This document shows, piece by piece, positions 11,831-21,723 of a stretch of DNA of 64,000 bases. How positions within the stretch are numbered: position 1 is the stretch's first letter; every line of letters begins with the position of its first letter. A model generated the notes under the pieces. The model did no database searches. It saw only the letters and a list, made by a program, of their open reading frames with translations, and was not told where the DNA came from. The stretch is from an uncultured Actinomycetota bacterium (GTDB lineage Bacteria; Actinomycetota; Actinomycetes; JAHEKZ01): contig CAVQYR010000002.1 in NCBI GenBank assembly GCA_963718235.1, forward strand, positions 736,001 through 800,000, given 5' to 3'. The position numbers and the translations under genes are program-made.

Positions 11831-12625
11831 GTGCGCATCGCCCGCTTCACCATCGCCGACCAGATCGCCTATGGCGCCGTGGCTACCGTCGACGGGGGTG
11901 ACGACTCCGACCCGGACGCGCTCACGGTCACCGCGATCGACGGCCATCCGTTCGCACCCTTCGAGTTGTCCTCCGTCGTCTTTCCCCTGGCCGACGTGCG
12001 CCTGCTGCCTCCGGTGCTGCCGAGCAAGGTGATCGGGATCGGCAAGAACTACGCCGACCACGCGAGGGAGATGGGTGCAGAGCCTCCGGCGACGCCGGTC
12101 ATGTTCCTCAAGCCCTCGACGTCGGTGATCGGCCACGGCGACTCGGTGGTGCTGCCTGCGCAGTCCGACCAGGTGGAGTTCGAGGGTGAGCTGGCCGTGG
12201 TGATCGGCCGGTTGGCCAAGGACGTTCCCGCAGCCCGGGTCGCCGACGTGGTGCTCGGGTACGCCTGCGCCAACGACGTGACCGCGCGCGACCTGCAACG
12301 CAGCGACGGCCAGTGGACCCGGGCGAAAGGGTTCGACACGTTCTGCCCGATCGGCCCGTGGATCAGCACCGAGGTCGACGTCGCCGACCTGGCGATCGAG
12401 ACCCGAGTCAACGGGCAGGTGCGGCAGTCGGGACGGACCTCGCAGCTGGTCCACTCGGTGACCGACCTGGTGTGCTTCGTGTCGGCGGTCATGACTCTGC
12501 TGCCCGGTGATGTCATCCTCACCGGGACCCCTGCCGGCGTCGGCCCCCTGGCCGACCAGGATCAGGTCGAGGTGGAGGTCGAGGGAGTCGGCGTCCTGCA
12601 CAACCGCGTGACTCGGCCCGCCTGA
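11831..12625 (+). CDS. fumarylacetoacetate hydrolase family protein
   Basis: IGKNYADH, FLKP, EGEL, NDVTARD, KGFDTF, GDVILTGTP. Confidence 0.93.
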   Translation: MRIARFTIADQIAYGAVATVDGGDDSDPDALTVTAIDGHPFAPFELSSVVFPLADVRLLPPVLPSKVIGIGKNYADHAREMGAEPPATPVMFLKPSTSVIGHGDSVVLPAQSDQVEFEGELAVVIGRLAKDVPAARVADVVLGYACANDVTARDLQRSDGQWTRAKGFDTFCPIGPWISTEVDVADLAIETRVNGQVRQSGRTSQLVHSVTDLVCFVSAVMTLLPGDVILTGTPAGVGPLADQDQVEVEVEGVGVLHNRVTRPA

Positions 12626-12672
12626 CGCCCCCGACAGGACGGCCTCGCGTCAGCCTGGCATGATGCGCTGCC

Positions 12673-15102
12673 ATGCCCACGCTTGCCGCGGACGACGTCC
12701 TCGCCGCCGAGGTCGAGGTCAACGGCCGTACCGTGACCGTCGACGAGGTACCGAAACGACGCTGGTCGCGTCACCCGGGCGACATCATGCGTCTGTTGGT
12801 CGCACTCGTGCTCCTCGGGGTGTCGCTGGTCGTCCTCGAGTGGGGGCTGCGAACCTCGATCGGGCTCCAGGAAGACGTCTCCAACGCCACGTCCGTCCTT
12901 CCCGGATTCGTCCTGACCGTGCTGTACGGCGGTTATGCGCTGGCGGCGGTGCTGACGCCCCCGGCCATTCTGGTCTGGGTCATCGTGCGTCGACGTTGGC
13001 CGCTGCTCGGCGTCTACGTCCTGACGACGCTGGCCGCGTCGCTGCTGCTGCACCTGGCGGAAGGCTGGATCAGCGCTCGCGTGCCCGGTGTCGATGCCGT
13101 ACCCCTGGTCGTCACCCAGGTCGACATCGACTGGGCCATCGACCCCGCATGGGTGGCGTCCTTCGCTGCCGCGCTGACCGTGACCGGCCCGTGGATGAGC
13201 CGCCGCTGGTACCGCACGGCGTGGATCGTCCTGGCCCTCCTCGTCCCGGTGCGGCTCCTGGTCGGCGCCGGTGTGCCGACCGGGCTCCTGGTCGGCCTGG
13301 CGGCCGGCTGGGCCATCGGGTCGGCCGCCCTGCTGATCTTCGGTGCGCCGAGCCGCGCACCGTCGGCCTCCACGGTCGTCCAGGGCCTGGACAAGGCCGG
13401 CCTCCGGCTCGCCACCCTGCGCCGGGCCAGCGTCGACGCCCGAGGGTCGACCCCGTACTTCGGCGACGGGGTCGGTGGCGAGCACTACTTCGTCAAGATT
13501 CTCGGCCGAGATGAGCGCAGCGCCGACCTGCTGTTCCGGGTGTACCGGTACCTGCGCCTGGAGAACGTCGGTGACGAGCGCCCGTTCTCGTCGCTGAAGC
13601 GTGCCGTCGAGCACGAGGGCATGTCGTCGGTGTGGGCCGAGCGGGCCGGAGTGCGAACGCCGGTCACCGTCGCGTGCGTGGAGCTGGGCGACGGGTCGAT
13701 GGCGCTGGTCTACCAGATGGTCAAGGGCCGCTCGATCGACAGCGTCGCGCCCGAAGAGCTGACCGACGAGTTCCTGCGCGGGACGTGGCAGCAGGTCGAG
13801 CTCCTGCGCAAGGGGCGGATCGCCCACCGTGACCTTCGCCGGGCGAACGTCTTCATGACCGAGGCCAGAGAGCCGATGATCATCGACTTCGGCTTCGGCG
13901 AGGTGTCGGCGAGCGACGCGCTGCTCGACCAGGACGTCGCCCAGCTCGTGCTGTCGACCGCGGTCGACGTAGGCGCCGAGCGTGCGGTCGCGGCCGCCGT
14001 CGCCGTGCTCGGTCGCGACGCAATCGGGTCGGCTGCGCCTCGGCTGCAGACGCCGGCCCTGTCCGGGGCCACCCAGGCCGCCCTCAAGCAGCACAAGGGG
14101 CTGCTGGAGGAGACCCGCGAGCAGGTCAAGGTGCAGGCGGGCGTGGAGGAGATCCAGCTCGCGAAGCTGCAGCGGATCAGCGGGCGCCGCCTGATCATCA
14201 TGGTCATGGCCATGGGGGCGTTCTGGTTCCTCATTCCGCAGATCTCCGACATCCCGCGACTGACCGCCGAGCTCAAGGACGCCAACTGGGCCGACGCCGG
14301 CGTCGCCATCGTGTTCTCGATCTTGACCTACGTGGGTGCGGCCCTTTCGCTGTCGGCGAGCGTCACCCAACGGATCCCGGTCGGCCGAACGACGCTGGTC
14401 ACGCTGGCCGGCTCGTTCGTCAACCGGGTGACCCCGGCCAAGGTCGGTGGCATGGCGTTGAACCTGCGCTACCTGCAGAAGTCGGGGGTGCCCACCGCCG
14501 TCGGAACCGCCTCGATCGGCCTCTACTCGGTGGTCGGCATGATGACCCACATCTGCCTGCTCGTGATCTTCTCGGTCTGGGCCGGCAAGGCGGTCGACTT
14601 CACGCAGTTCCTGCCCAGGGGAACCATCCTGTACGTGGTCCTCGGCATCGGAGCCGGTCTCATCGGGGCGGTCCTCTTCGTCCCGAAGATCCGCACCTTC
14701 ATCGCGGAGAAGGTCAAGCCGCAGGCCCAGATGATCCTGACCAACTTCAAGGGGCTGTTGCAGCACCCGCTGCGCCTGGTGCTCATGGTGGTCGGCTCGG
14801 CCCTCCTGACCCTGAGCTACGTCGGCGCCCTGTACTTCAGCATCCAGGCCTTCGGCGGGGGGATCGCGGTGGCGGTCATCGCTGTCGTGTACCTGGCCGG
14901 AGCCTCGATCGCGAGCGCCGCGCCGACCCCGGGAGGCGTGGGTGCGGTCGAGGCCGCCCTGATCGGTGGGCTCAGCGCAGCGGGGCTGCCATCGACGGTG
15001 GCCGTCGCCTCGGTCTTCCTCTACCGACTGGCGACGTTCTGGATCCCGGTCCTACCGGGCTGGGGCTCGTTCGTGTGGCTCGAGCGTCACGACGAGATCT
15101 GA
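12673..15102 (+). CDS. membrane protein: degenerate PAP2-like TM domain, protein-kinase-like domain, lysylphosphatidylglycerol-synthase TM (flippase-like) domain
   Basis: Central FVK, HRDLRRAN, IIDFG; C-terminal PTPGGVGAVE and LYRLATFW; multi-TM N-terminus. Confidence 0.8.
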   Translation: MPTLAADDVLAAEVEVNGRTVTVDEVPKRRWSRHPGDIMRLLVALVLLGVSLVVLEWGLRTSIGLQEDVSNATSVLPGFVLTVLYGGYALAAVLTPPAILVWVIVRRRWPLLGVYVLTTLAASLLLHLAEGWISARVPGVDAVPLVVTQVDIDWAIDPAWVASFAAALTVTGPWMSRRWYRTAWIVLALLVPVRLLVGAGVPTGLLVGLAAGWAIGSAALLIFGAPSRAPSASTVVQGLDKAGLRLATLRRASVDARGSTPYFGDGVGGEHYFVKILGRDERSADLLFRVYRYLRLENVGDERPFSSLKRAVEHEGMSSVWAERAGVRTPVTVACVELGDGSMALVYQMVKGRSIDSVAPEELTDEFLRGTWQQVELLRKGRIAHRDLRRANVFMTEAREPMIIDFGFGEVSASDALLDQDVAQLVLSTAVDVGAERAVAAAVAVLGRDAIGSAAPRLQTPALSGATQAALKQHKGLLEETREQVKVQAGVEEIQLAKLQRISGRRLIIMVMAMGAFWFLIPQISDIPRLTAELKDANWADAGVAIVFSILTYVGAALSLSASVTQRIPVGRTTLVTLAGSFVNRVTPAKVGGMALNLRYLQKSGVPTAVGTASIGLYSVVGMMTHICLLVIFSVWAGKAVDFTQFLPRGTILYVVLGIGAGLIGAVLFVPKIRTFIAEKVKPQAQMILTNFKGLLQHPLRLVLMVVGSALLTLSYVGALYFSIQAFGGGIAVAVIAVVYLAGASIASAAPTPGGVGAVEAALIGGLSAAGLPSTVAVASVFLYRLATFWIPVLPGWGSFVWLERHDEI

Positions 15103-15779
15103 GCCGTCTGCGGGCGCTCCCGCCGGGGCACACCGACGGCCAGGTTGAGCAGGGCTGCGACCACGACCCCGGTCGCCGCTCCTGCGACGACGTCCAGCGG
15201 GTTGTGCGCCCCGAGGTACATGCGCGCCACGGGGACGGTCAGGCAGACAGCGAGGACGACCCACTGCCACCGGCGGGTGAGGTAGGGAGCGATCAACCAG
15301 CCGATGCCGAACGCGATGATGACGTGACCGGACGGGAACGAGACCCCCGACCACGGGACGTCGCGCAGGTTCAGGCAGCTGAGGTCCTCGTTGCAGATCG
15401 AGGTGCCCGGACGCTCCCGGTCGATGAGCTGCTTGAGCACCTGCTTCTCGACGATGAGCTTCAGGGGAACGAGGGCCACCAGGGCGATCGCGAGTCGCCA
15501 GCGCTTGAACACCAGTGCAACGACCGCGAAGCCGAGAGGCAGCAGGAGCAATCCGAGGAACTGGGCGGCCCACATCGGGCGGTAGAGCGCGTCGGGCAGG
15601 TCGTTGAACAGGCGGAAGACCCACTCCTCGGCCGGGGACACGCCTTGTCGCGCCACGAGCAGGCTGATGGTGACGACGACCACGCCGGCTCCTGCCGCAA
15701 CACCGTCGAACGTCCAGCGCCGGACATACGCGCGCGGAACGGCGCCGCGTCGGGCCGGTTCCCCCGAGTGGGTGGACAC
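15087..15779 (-). CDS. PAP2 family phosphatase
   Basis: K-x6-RP, SFPSGH, ARMYLGAHNPLDV. Confidence 0.9.
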   Translation of the reverse strand: MSTHSGEPARRGAVPRAYVRRWTFDGVAAGAGVVVVTISLLVARQGVSPAEEWVFRLFNDLPDALYRPMWAAQFLGLLLLPLGFAVVALVFKRWRLAIALVALVPLKLIVEKQVLKQLIDRERPGTSICNEDLSCLNLRDVPWSGVSFPSGHVIIAFGIGWLIAPYLTRRWQWVVLAVCLTVPVARMYLGAHNPLDVVAGAATGVVVAALLNLAVGVPRRERPQTAQISS

Positions 15780-15855
15780 GCTTGCCGCCTCCTGCGGTGC
15801 ATGGCGTCGGTGCTGGTCGGGTTCTGTACTGTGACCGCCCCAAGGAGGTCAGGCG

Positions 15856-17247
15856 ATGGCGCGGTCGAGGAAGACTATCGAGCGACGGGTGGCCAGCCCA
15901 CTCGGTCACGCGACGGTCAGCACGGGCGAACGCAGCCTGGTCGGTCGGTCGAAGCGGGTCGACGTGCCCCGGTCGTCGCACGGCGACTGGCAGCCGGCGC
16001 CCGACCGTCCTGACCCGGTCGACCTGCTCGCGGGGCAGGAGACCTCCCGACTGGCCGACCTCATCCCGCTGCGGCACGAGCGGATGGGTGCTGACCCGTT
16101 CTCCTTCTTCAGAGGTGCCGCAGCCGTGATGGCCTGGGACCTGACCCACGCCCCACACACCGACCTGTTCGTCCAGCTCGGCGGCGATGCGCACCTGGCC
16201 AACTTCGGGCTCTACGCCGCGCCGAACCGCGAGCTGGTGTTCGACGCCAACGACTTCGACGAGACGCTGCCCGGCCCATGGGAGTTCGACCTCAAGCGGC
16301 TCCTCGTCAGCCTCGTGGTCGGGGCCAGGGCACTGGGAGTCGCCGACGCGGCGGCTGAGACAGTGGTCCGCGCCGCCGTGGCCCGCTACCGATCCTCCCT
16401 GCGTGAGTTCGCGAGGATGACCGATGCCGAGGTCTGGTACTCACGGGTCCGGATGGAGGACGTCCGGGCCCTGGTCGAGCGGGACCGTGAGGTGGCGGCG
16501 CTGGTCGACGACACCATGCGGCGTGCGACGCGCAACACCTCGGCCCGGGCCCACGCCAAGCTCGTCGAGCGCGTGGGGTCGGGCCAGAGGTTCCGCAGCG
16601 ACCCGCCGCTCCTGGTCCGCTTGGAGGACCTGCCACAGAAGGCAACGGGGGCACTGGGCTCGGAGATCGAGCAGATCATCACCAAGTACCAGCGGTCTCT
16701 TCCGGACCACCTGAAGGTGCTCATCGAGCGGTACGAGGTGCTCGACGTGGCCCGCAAGGTGGTCGGGGTCGGCAGCGTGGGCACCGAGTGCTACATCGTG
16801 CTGCTGCAGGGGCGTCGGATGGCCGACCCGTTCATCCTGCAGGTCAAGCAGGCGGTCCCCTCGGTCTTCGAGGCCGACCTGCCCAACAGCCGTTATCGCA
16901 GCTCGGGTGCGCGGGTGGTGGCCGGGCAACGGCTCATCCAGGCCGCTTCGGATCCGTTCCTGGGGTTCTTCACCACGCGAAGCGGCACCAGCTACTACGT
17001 GCGTCAGTTCCGCGACGCCAAGGGCTCGTTCGACGTGGCCACCATGTCAAGCCACTCGCTGGCGAGCTACGGCGAGCTGTGCGCCAACTCGCTGGCCCGA
17101 GCCCACGCGAAGTCCGGGGACTCCCTGGCCATCCAGGGCTACATCGGGAAGGGCCGGACGTTGGAGGACGCGATGGTGCGGTACTCGATGGCCTACGCCG
17201 ACCAGAACGAACGGGACTTCCAGCGCTTCCGGTCAGCCGTTGGCTGA
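15856..17247 (+). CDS. DUF2252 family protein (kinase-like fold)
   Basis: PFSFFRGAA, GDAHLANFG, NDFDE, KVVGVGSVGT, QAASDPFLG. Confidence 0.88.
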   Translation: MARSRKTIERRVASPLGHATVSTGERSLVGRSKRVDVPRSSHGDWQPAPDRPDPVDLLAGQETSRLADLIPLRHERMGADPFSFFRGAAAVMAWDLTHAPHTDLFVQLGGDAHLANFGLYAAPNRELVFDANDFDETLPGPWEFDLKRLLVSLVVGARALGVADAAAETVVRAAVARYRSSLREFARMTDAEVWYSRVRMEDVRALVERDREVAALVDDTMRRATRNTSARAHAKLVERVGSGQRFRSDPPLLVRLEDLPQKATGALGSEIEQIITKYQRSLPDHLKVLIERYEVLDVARKVVGVGSVGTECYIVLLQGRRMADPFILQVKQAVPSVFEADLPNSRYRSSGARVVAGQRLIQAASDPFLGFFTTRSGTSYYVRQFRDAKGSFDVATMSSHSLASYGELCANSLARAHAKSGDSLAIQGYIGKGRTLEDAMVRYSMAYADQNERDFQRFRSAVG

Positions 17248-17907
17248 CTCCATGCCCGCGTCCCGGTCGATCCCGACCGCGAGGTGCCAGGCGTAGGCCA
17301 GGGACAGCCCGAGCGCTGTGCCGCCGACCACATCCAGCGGGAAGTGGGCCCCGACCACGACGCGGGAGAGCCCGACGGTCGCGGCCAACCCGTAGCCGAT
17401 CACCCGCCACGGGCGGGTGAGGTACGGCGACAGGGTGGCCGCGCACGCGAAGGCCACCGTGGCGTGTCCGGAGACGAAGCCGAGGCCCTCGGTGAGAGCG
17501 GACGACCGGACCACCTCGTCCGGCAGCTCTGCTGCCGGACGGCCACGTTCGATCTCGTTCTTGACCAGCTTCGCCAGCCACCAGCCGCCCCAGCCGGTGA
17601 CCAGCGCACCTGCGCTGGGGCGCCACGACCGGGTCAGTCGCCAGGCGATGAAGGCGACGACTGGGGGTGCCCATGCGCTGCCGGCCTGCATGGGGAGCCA
17701 CAGGGCGTAGTCGACCGCGCGGGGGACGTCGTGGAGCCTCTCGAACAGCGTCGCTTCCCAGTCGGGAACGCCTCTGTTGGCCGCGTACGAGCTGGCGGCC
17801 AGCACGACCACGCTGGCGGCGAGCTTGGGGAGCTGCCGGAGCCGTCGCGAGCCGCGGGGTGTCGATGTTCCGCTCGACGTGGGAAGGGCGGCATCGGCAG
17901 CGGTCAC
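17233..17907 (-). CDS. PAP2 family phosphatase
   Basis: K-x6-RP, FVSGHA, SRVVVGAHFPLDV; -10 TAGCCT 6 nt before GTG. Confidence 0.9.
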   Translation of the reverse strand: MTAADAALPTSSGTSTPRGSRRLRQLPKLAASVVVLAASSYAANRGVPDWEATLFERLHDVPRAVDYALWLPMQAGSAWAPPVVAFIAWRLTRSWRPSAGALVTGWGGWWLAKLVKNEIERGRPAAELPDEVVRSSALTEGLGFVSGHATVAFACAATLSPYLTRPWRVIGYGLAATVGLSRVVVGAHFPLDVVGGTALGLSLAYAWHLAVGIDRDAGMESANG

Positions 17908-18006
17908 CGGGGCAGGCTACCGCCCGGGGCGCCGACTAGCCTGGTGGCGTGCACCCGGCGTGGATGGTGCCGCAACCAGCTGGCTCGAAGGGTGTGAACG
18001 GCAACG

Positions 18007-19494
18007 ATGAGTGCTGATGTGCGAGTGCGCTTCTGTCCGTCACCGACGGGGAACCCACATGTCGGCATGGCCCGGACGGCGCTGTTCAACTGGGCGTTCG
18101 CCCGCCACCACGGGGGCACCTTCGTCTTCCGGATCGAGGACACCGACTCCTCCCGGGACACCGAGGAGTCCTACCAGGCGTTGGTCGACGCCCTGCGCTG
18201 GCTCGGGCTCGACTGGGACGAGGGGCCGGAGGTCGGCGGGCCCCACGCGCCGTACCGGCAGTCCGAGCGGCTCGATCTCTTCCGTGACGCCGCGGCGAAG
18301 CTGCGCGAAGCAGGGTTCGCCTACGACTGCTACTGCAGCACCGAGGAGCTGGACGCCCGTCGCGAGCAGGCGAAGGCCGAGCACCGCACGCCGGGGTACG
18401 ACGGCCACTGCCGCTCACTGGCCGCCGACCAGGTGGATGCCTACCGCGCTGAGGGCCGTCAGCCGGTGCTGCGCATGCGGATGCCCGACCACGACATCAC
18501 GTGGGACGACCTCGTACGCGGCCCGGTCACCTTCGGTGCCGGGCAGGTGCCCGACTACGTCCTGGTCCGGGCCAACGGCGAGCCGCTCTACACGTTGACC
18601 AACCCGGTCGACGACGCAGCGATGCGGATCACGCACGTGCTGCGCGGTGAGGACCTGCTGTCCTCGACCCCGCGGCAACTGGCCCTGTGGGAGGCGCTGC
18701 GCGAGGTCGGGATCGGTGACGGCACGACGCCGCGGTACGGACACCTGCCGTACGTGATGGGCGAGGGCAACAAGAAGCTGTCCAAGCGCGACCCCGAGTC
18801 CAGCCTGCAGATGTACGTCGAGCGCGGGTACCTGCCCGAGGGGCTCGACAACTACCTCGCCCTGCTCGGGTGGTCGATTGCGGAGGACCGGGACCGGTTC
18901 TCGATGAGCGAGATGGTGGAGGCCTTCGACATCGGCCGGGTCAACCCGAGCCCCGCCCGCTTCGACCTGAAGAAGTGCACGGCCCTGAACGCCGACTGGA
19001 TCAGGACCCTGCCGTCAGAGGAGGTCGCTCGACGGATCGTCCCGTTCCTGCAGCGGGCCGCCCTGCTCGGCGACCCGGCCGACCCGGACGCGTTGCAGCT
19101 GCTGGAGCGCGCGACGCCGTTGGTGCACGAGCGGATCGAGGTGCTCACCGACGCGGTCGGGATGCTGCGCTTCCTCTTCGTCTCCGATGCGGACTTCGCC
19201 GTCGACGCCGACGACGCCGCGAAGCTGCTGACGACCGCGACCCGTCCCACCATCCAGGCCTCGCTCGACGCGCTCGAGTCACTCGGCGAGTGGGCGGAGG
19301 AGCCGATCGAGGCCGCCCTACGTTCGGCCCTGGTCGGGGGTCTGGCCCTGAAGCCGAAAGTGGCCTTCGGCCCGGTACGCGTGGCGATCACCGGACGCCG
19401 GGTGTCCCCACCGCTGTTCGAGTCGCTCGCACTCCTCGGTCGCGGCCGCAGTCTCGATCGACTGCGGATGGCGCGCGACTCGATCTCCGGCTGA
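18007..19494 (+). CDS. gltX: glutamate--tRNA ligase
   Basis: [13 protein letters not shown] (HIGH-like), RIEDTD, KLSKR, SPPLFES. Confidence 0.97.
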   Translation: MSADVRVRFCPSPTGNPHVGMARTALFNWAFARHHGGTFVFRIEDTDSSRDTEESYQALVDALRWLGLDWDEGPEVGGPHAPYRQSERLDLFRDAAAKLREAGFAYDCYCSTEELDARREQAKAEHRTPGYDGHCRSLAADQVDAYRAEGRQPVLRMRMPDHDITWDDLVRGPVTFGAGQVPDYVLVRANGEPLYTLTNPVDDAAMRITHVLRGEDLLSSTPRQLALWEALREVGIGDGTTPRYGHLPYVMGEGNKKLSKRDPESSLQMYVERGYLPEGLDNYLALLGWSIAEDRDRFSMSEMVEAFDIGRVNPSPARFDLKKCTALNADWIRTLPSEEVARRIVPFLQRAALLGDPADPDALQLLERATPLVHERIEVLTDAVGMLRFLFVSDADFAVDADDAAKLLTTATRPTIQASLDALESLGEWAEEPIEAALRSALVGGLALKPKVAFGPVRVAITGRRVSPPLFESLALLGRGRSLDRLRMARDSISG

Positions 19495-19504
19495 GCGAGA
19501 GCCC

Positions 19505-20213
19505 GTGAGTCTCTCGCGGACCGACGCGGTGATCTTCGACGTCGACGGCACGCTGGTCGACTACGAGCACGCCCAGCGCGAGGGTCTAGCGCCGACACCT
19601 CAGAGACCAGGGCTGGGGCCCCAACGCTTCCGGTTGGGAGCGCTGGTGCCGGGCAGAGGAGCGGCACTTCGCGCGCTACCTCGCCGGCGACCTGACCTTC
19701 GAGGGTCAGCGCCGAGAACGGGTGAGGGAGTTCGTGGGTGAGCCGCTGCCCGACGACGACGCCGACACCTGGTTCGACGGCTACCGGGCCCACTTCGAGT
19801 CCTGCTGGCGGCTGTTCGACGACGTCCTCGGCTCCCTCGACGCCCTGGCCGACCGCCCGCTGGCCGCGTTCTCCAACGTGTCGGGGGCCTACACCCGACG
19901 CAAGGTGTCGGCTGTGGGGCTGCAGGACCGGTTCGCCCTCATCTGGGGGATCGACGATGTCGGCGCAGCCAAGCCCGCCCCCCGAGTCTTCCTCGACCTG
20001 TGCGCGACCTTGGGGGTTGAGCCTTCGCGGACGCTGCACGTGGGCGACCGGTACGAGGCGGACGCGCTCGGGGCCTGCGACGCAGGGCTCCTCAGTCTCT
20101 GGCTGGACCGACCCGGGGCGTCGCTGTCCGGCCGACGCCCCGACGGAGCGGTGGACCCGCGCGTGACGGTCGTCACCTCGCTCACCGACCTGGTCGCACT
20201 TCTCGAGCAGTGA
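19505..20213 (+). CDS. HAD family hydrolase (one-base frameshift at about 19588)
   Basis: Motif I FDVDGTL in the first frame; SN, KP and VGDRYEAD in the second; removing one base at 19587-19589 joins them. Confidence 0.8.
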
Positions 20214-20306
20214 GTGCTCTCCTGTGGCGGGCCACCGTCTCGGCGGTTTGGGCGGGCTGTGCATGTTGGGTATCCTCGTCCGCGTCCGGGCCCACCCCGG
20301 CACCCA

Positions 20307-20378
20307 TGGGGTATGGGGTAATTGGCAGCCCGACGGATTCTGGCTCCGTTAGTCTAGGTTCGAGTCCTGGTACCCCAG
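20307..20378 (+). tRNA. tRNA-Gln (CTG)
   Basis: Cloverleaf: acceptor TGGGGTA/TACCCCA, anticodon arm ACGGA-TTCTGGC-TCCGT, T loop TTCGAGT. Confidence 0.95.
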
Positions 20379-20441
20379 CAAGATCGAGTGGTCGTACCCG
20401 CACGTAGACTCCTCGTTCGTTGCGCCGTGCATCGGCGCGAT

Positions 20442-20514
20442 GGCCCCGTTGTGTAGCGGCCTAGCACGCCGCCCTCTCAAGGCGGTAGCGCCGGTTCGAA
20501 TCCGGTCGGGGCTA
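20442..20514 (+). tRNA. tRNA-Glu (CTC)
   Basis: Cloverleaf: acceptor GGCCCCG/CGGGGCT, anticodon arm CCGCC-CTCTCAA-GGCGG, T loop TTCGAAT. Confidence 0.96.
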
Positions 20515-20521
20515 CGCAGGC

Positions 20522-20556
20522 AACGCCCCCGACCTCGTCGGGGGCGTTCTTGTTCT
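20522..20556 (+). terminator. terminator after tRNA-Glu
   Basis: 12-bp stem AACGCCCCCGAC/GTCGGGGGCGTT plus pyrimidine-rich tail. Confidence 0.75.
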
Positions 20557-20640
20557 CCGACCGGTCTCGTTCGGTCAAGGCCGCTTCCTGACGCGTCAGT
20601 CAGTGAAGTAGGTTCGCTCCACCGACGTCCAGGAGGAGCT

Positions 20641-21723
20641 ATGCCGTACGAGGTGAGTGGAGTGGTCGCCCGAGCCAAGGGCGAGCCGGTCGCGGTCGAG
20701 ACGATCGTGATCCCTGACCCGGGTCCTGGCGAGGTCGTGGTCGACATCTCGGCCTGCGGGGTGTGCCACACCGACCTGCACTACCGCGAAGGGGGGATCG
20801 GCGACGACTTCCCCTACCTGCTGGGGCACGAGGCGGCCGGCCTGGTGTCCGAAGTGGGTCCGGGCGTGACCTCGGTGGCGGTCGGCGACTACGTGATCCT
20901 CAACTGGCGCGCCGTGTGCGGCCAGTGCCGGGCCTGTCGCCGTGGCCGCCCGTGGTACTGCTTCGCGACCCACAACGCCGCCCAGAAGATGAGGCTGCTC
21001 GACGGCACGGAGCTGTCCCCGGCGCTGGGGATCGGCGCGTTCGCGGACAAGACCCTGGTCGCCGAGGGCCAGTGCACCAAGGTCGACCCGGCAGCACCAC
21101 CAGAGGTGGCCGGCCTGCTCGGCTGCGGGGTCATGGCCGGGATCGGTGCGGCGATCAACACCGGTGGAGTGGCCCGTGGGGACTCGGTCGCCGTCTTCGG
21201 CTGTGGCGGTGTCGGCGACGCCGCGATCATGGGGGCCCGGCTCGCGGGTGCGCACACGATCGTGGCCGTCGACATCGACGATCGCAAGCTGCAGTGGGCC
21301 AAGGAGTTCGGCGCCACGCACACGGTGAACGCGTCGTCCACCGACCCGGTCGAGGCGATCAAGGCGATCACCGAGTTCGGCGCCGACGTGACGATCGACG
21401 CCGTGGGCAACCCCAAGGTGTTCCAGCAGGCCTACGACGCACGCGAGCTGGCCGGGACGCTCGTGCTGGTGGGTGTCCCGACGCCGGACATGACCTGGAC
21501 CACGCCGCTGCTGGACATCTTCGGGCGGGGAGGGGCGATCAAGTCGTCGTGGTACGGCGACTGCCTGCCCAGCCGTGACTTCCCGATGCTCGTCGACCTC
21601 TTCCTGCAGGGTCGGTTGCCCCTGGACAAGTTCGTGAGCGAGAAGATCGGGATCGACGACGTCGAGGGTGCGTTCGCCAAGATGCACCACGGCGAGGTTC
21701 TGCGTTCGGTGGTGACCTTCTGA
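20641..21723 (+). CDS. mscR: S-(hydroxymethyl)mycothiol dehydrogenase / S-nitrosomycothiol reductase
   Basis: Zn-ADH motifs CHTD, GHE, CxxCxxC-x7-C; family-typical [26 protein letters not shown]; RBS AGGAGG. Confidence 0.92.
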   Translation: MPYEVSGVVARAKGEPVAVETIVIPDPGPGEVVVDISACGVCHTDLHYREGGIGDDFPYLLGHEAAGLVSEVGPGVTSVAVGDYVILNWRAVCGQCRACRRGRPWYCFATHNAAQKMRLLDGTELSPALGIGAFADKTLVAEGQCTKVDPAAPPEVAGLLGCGVMAGIGAAINTGGVARGDSVAVFGCGGVGDAAIMGARLAGAHTIVAVDIDDRKLQWAKEFGATHTVNASSTDPVEAIKAITEFGADVTIDAVGNPKVFQQAYDARELAGTLVLVGVPTPDMTWTTPLLDIFGRGGAIKSSWYGDCLPSRDFPMLVDLFLQGRLPLDKFVSEKIGIDDVEGAFAKMHHGEVLRSVVTF

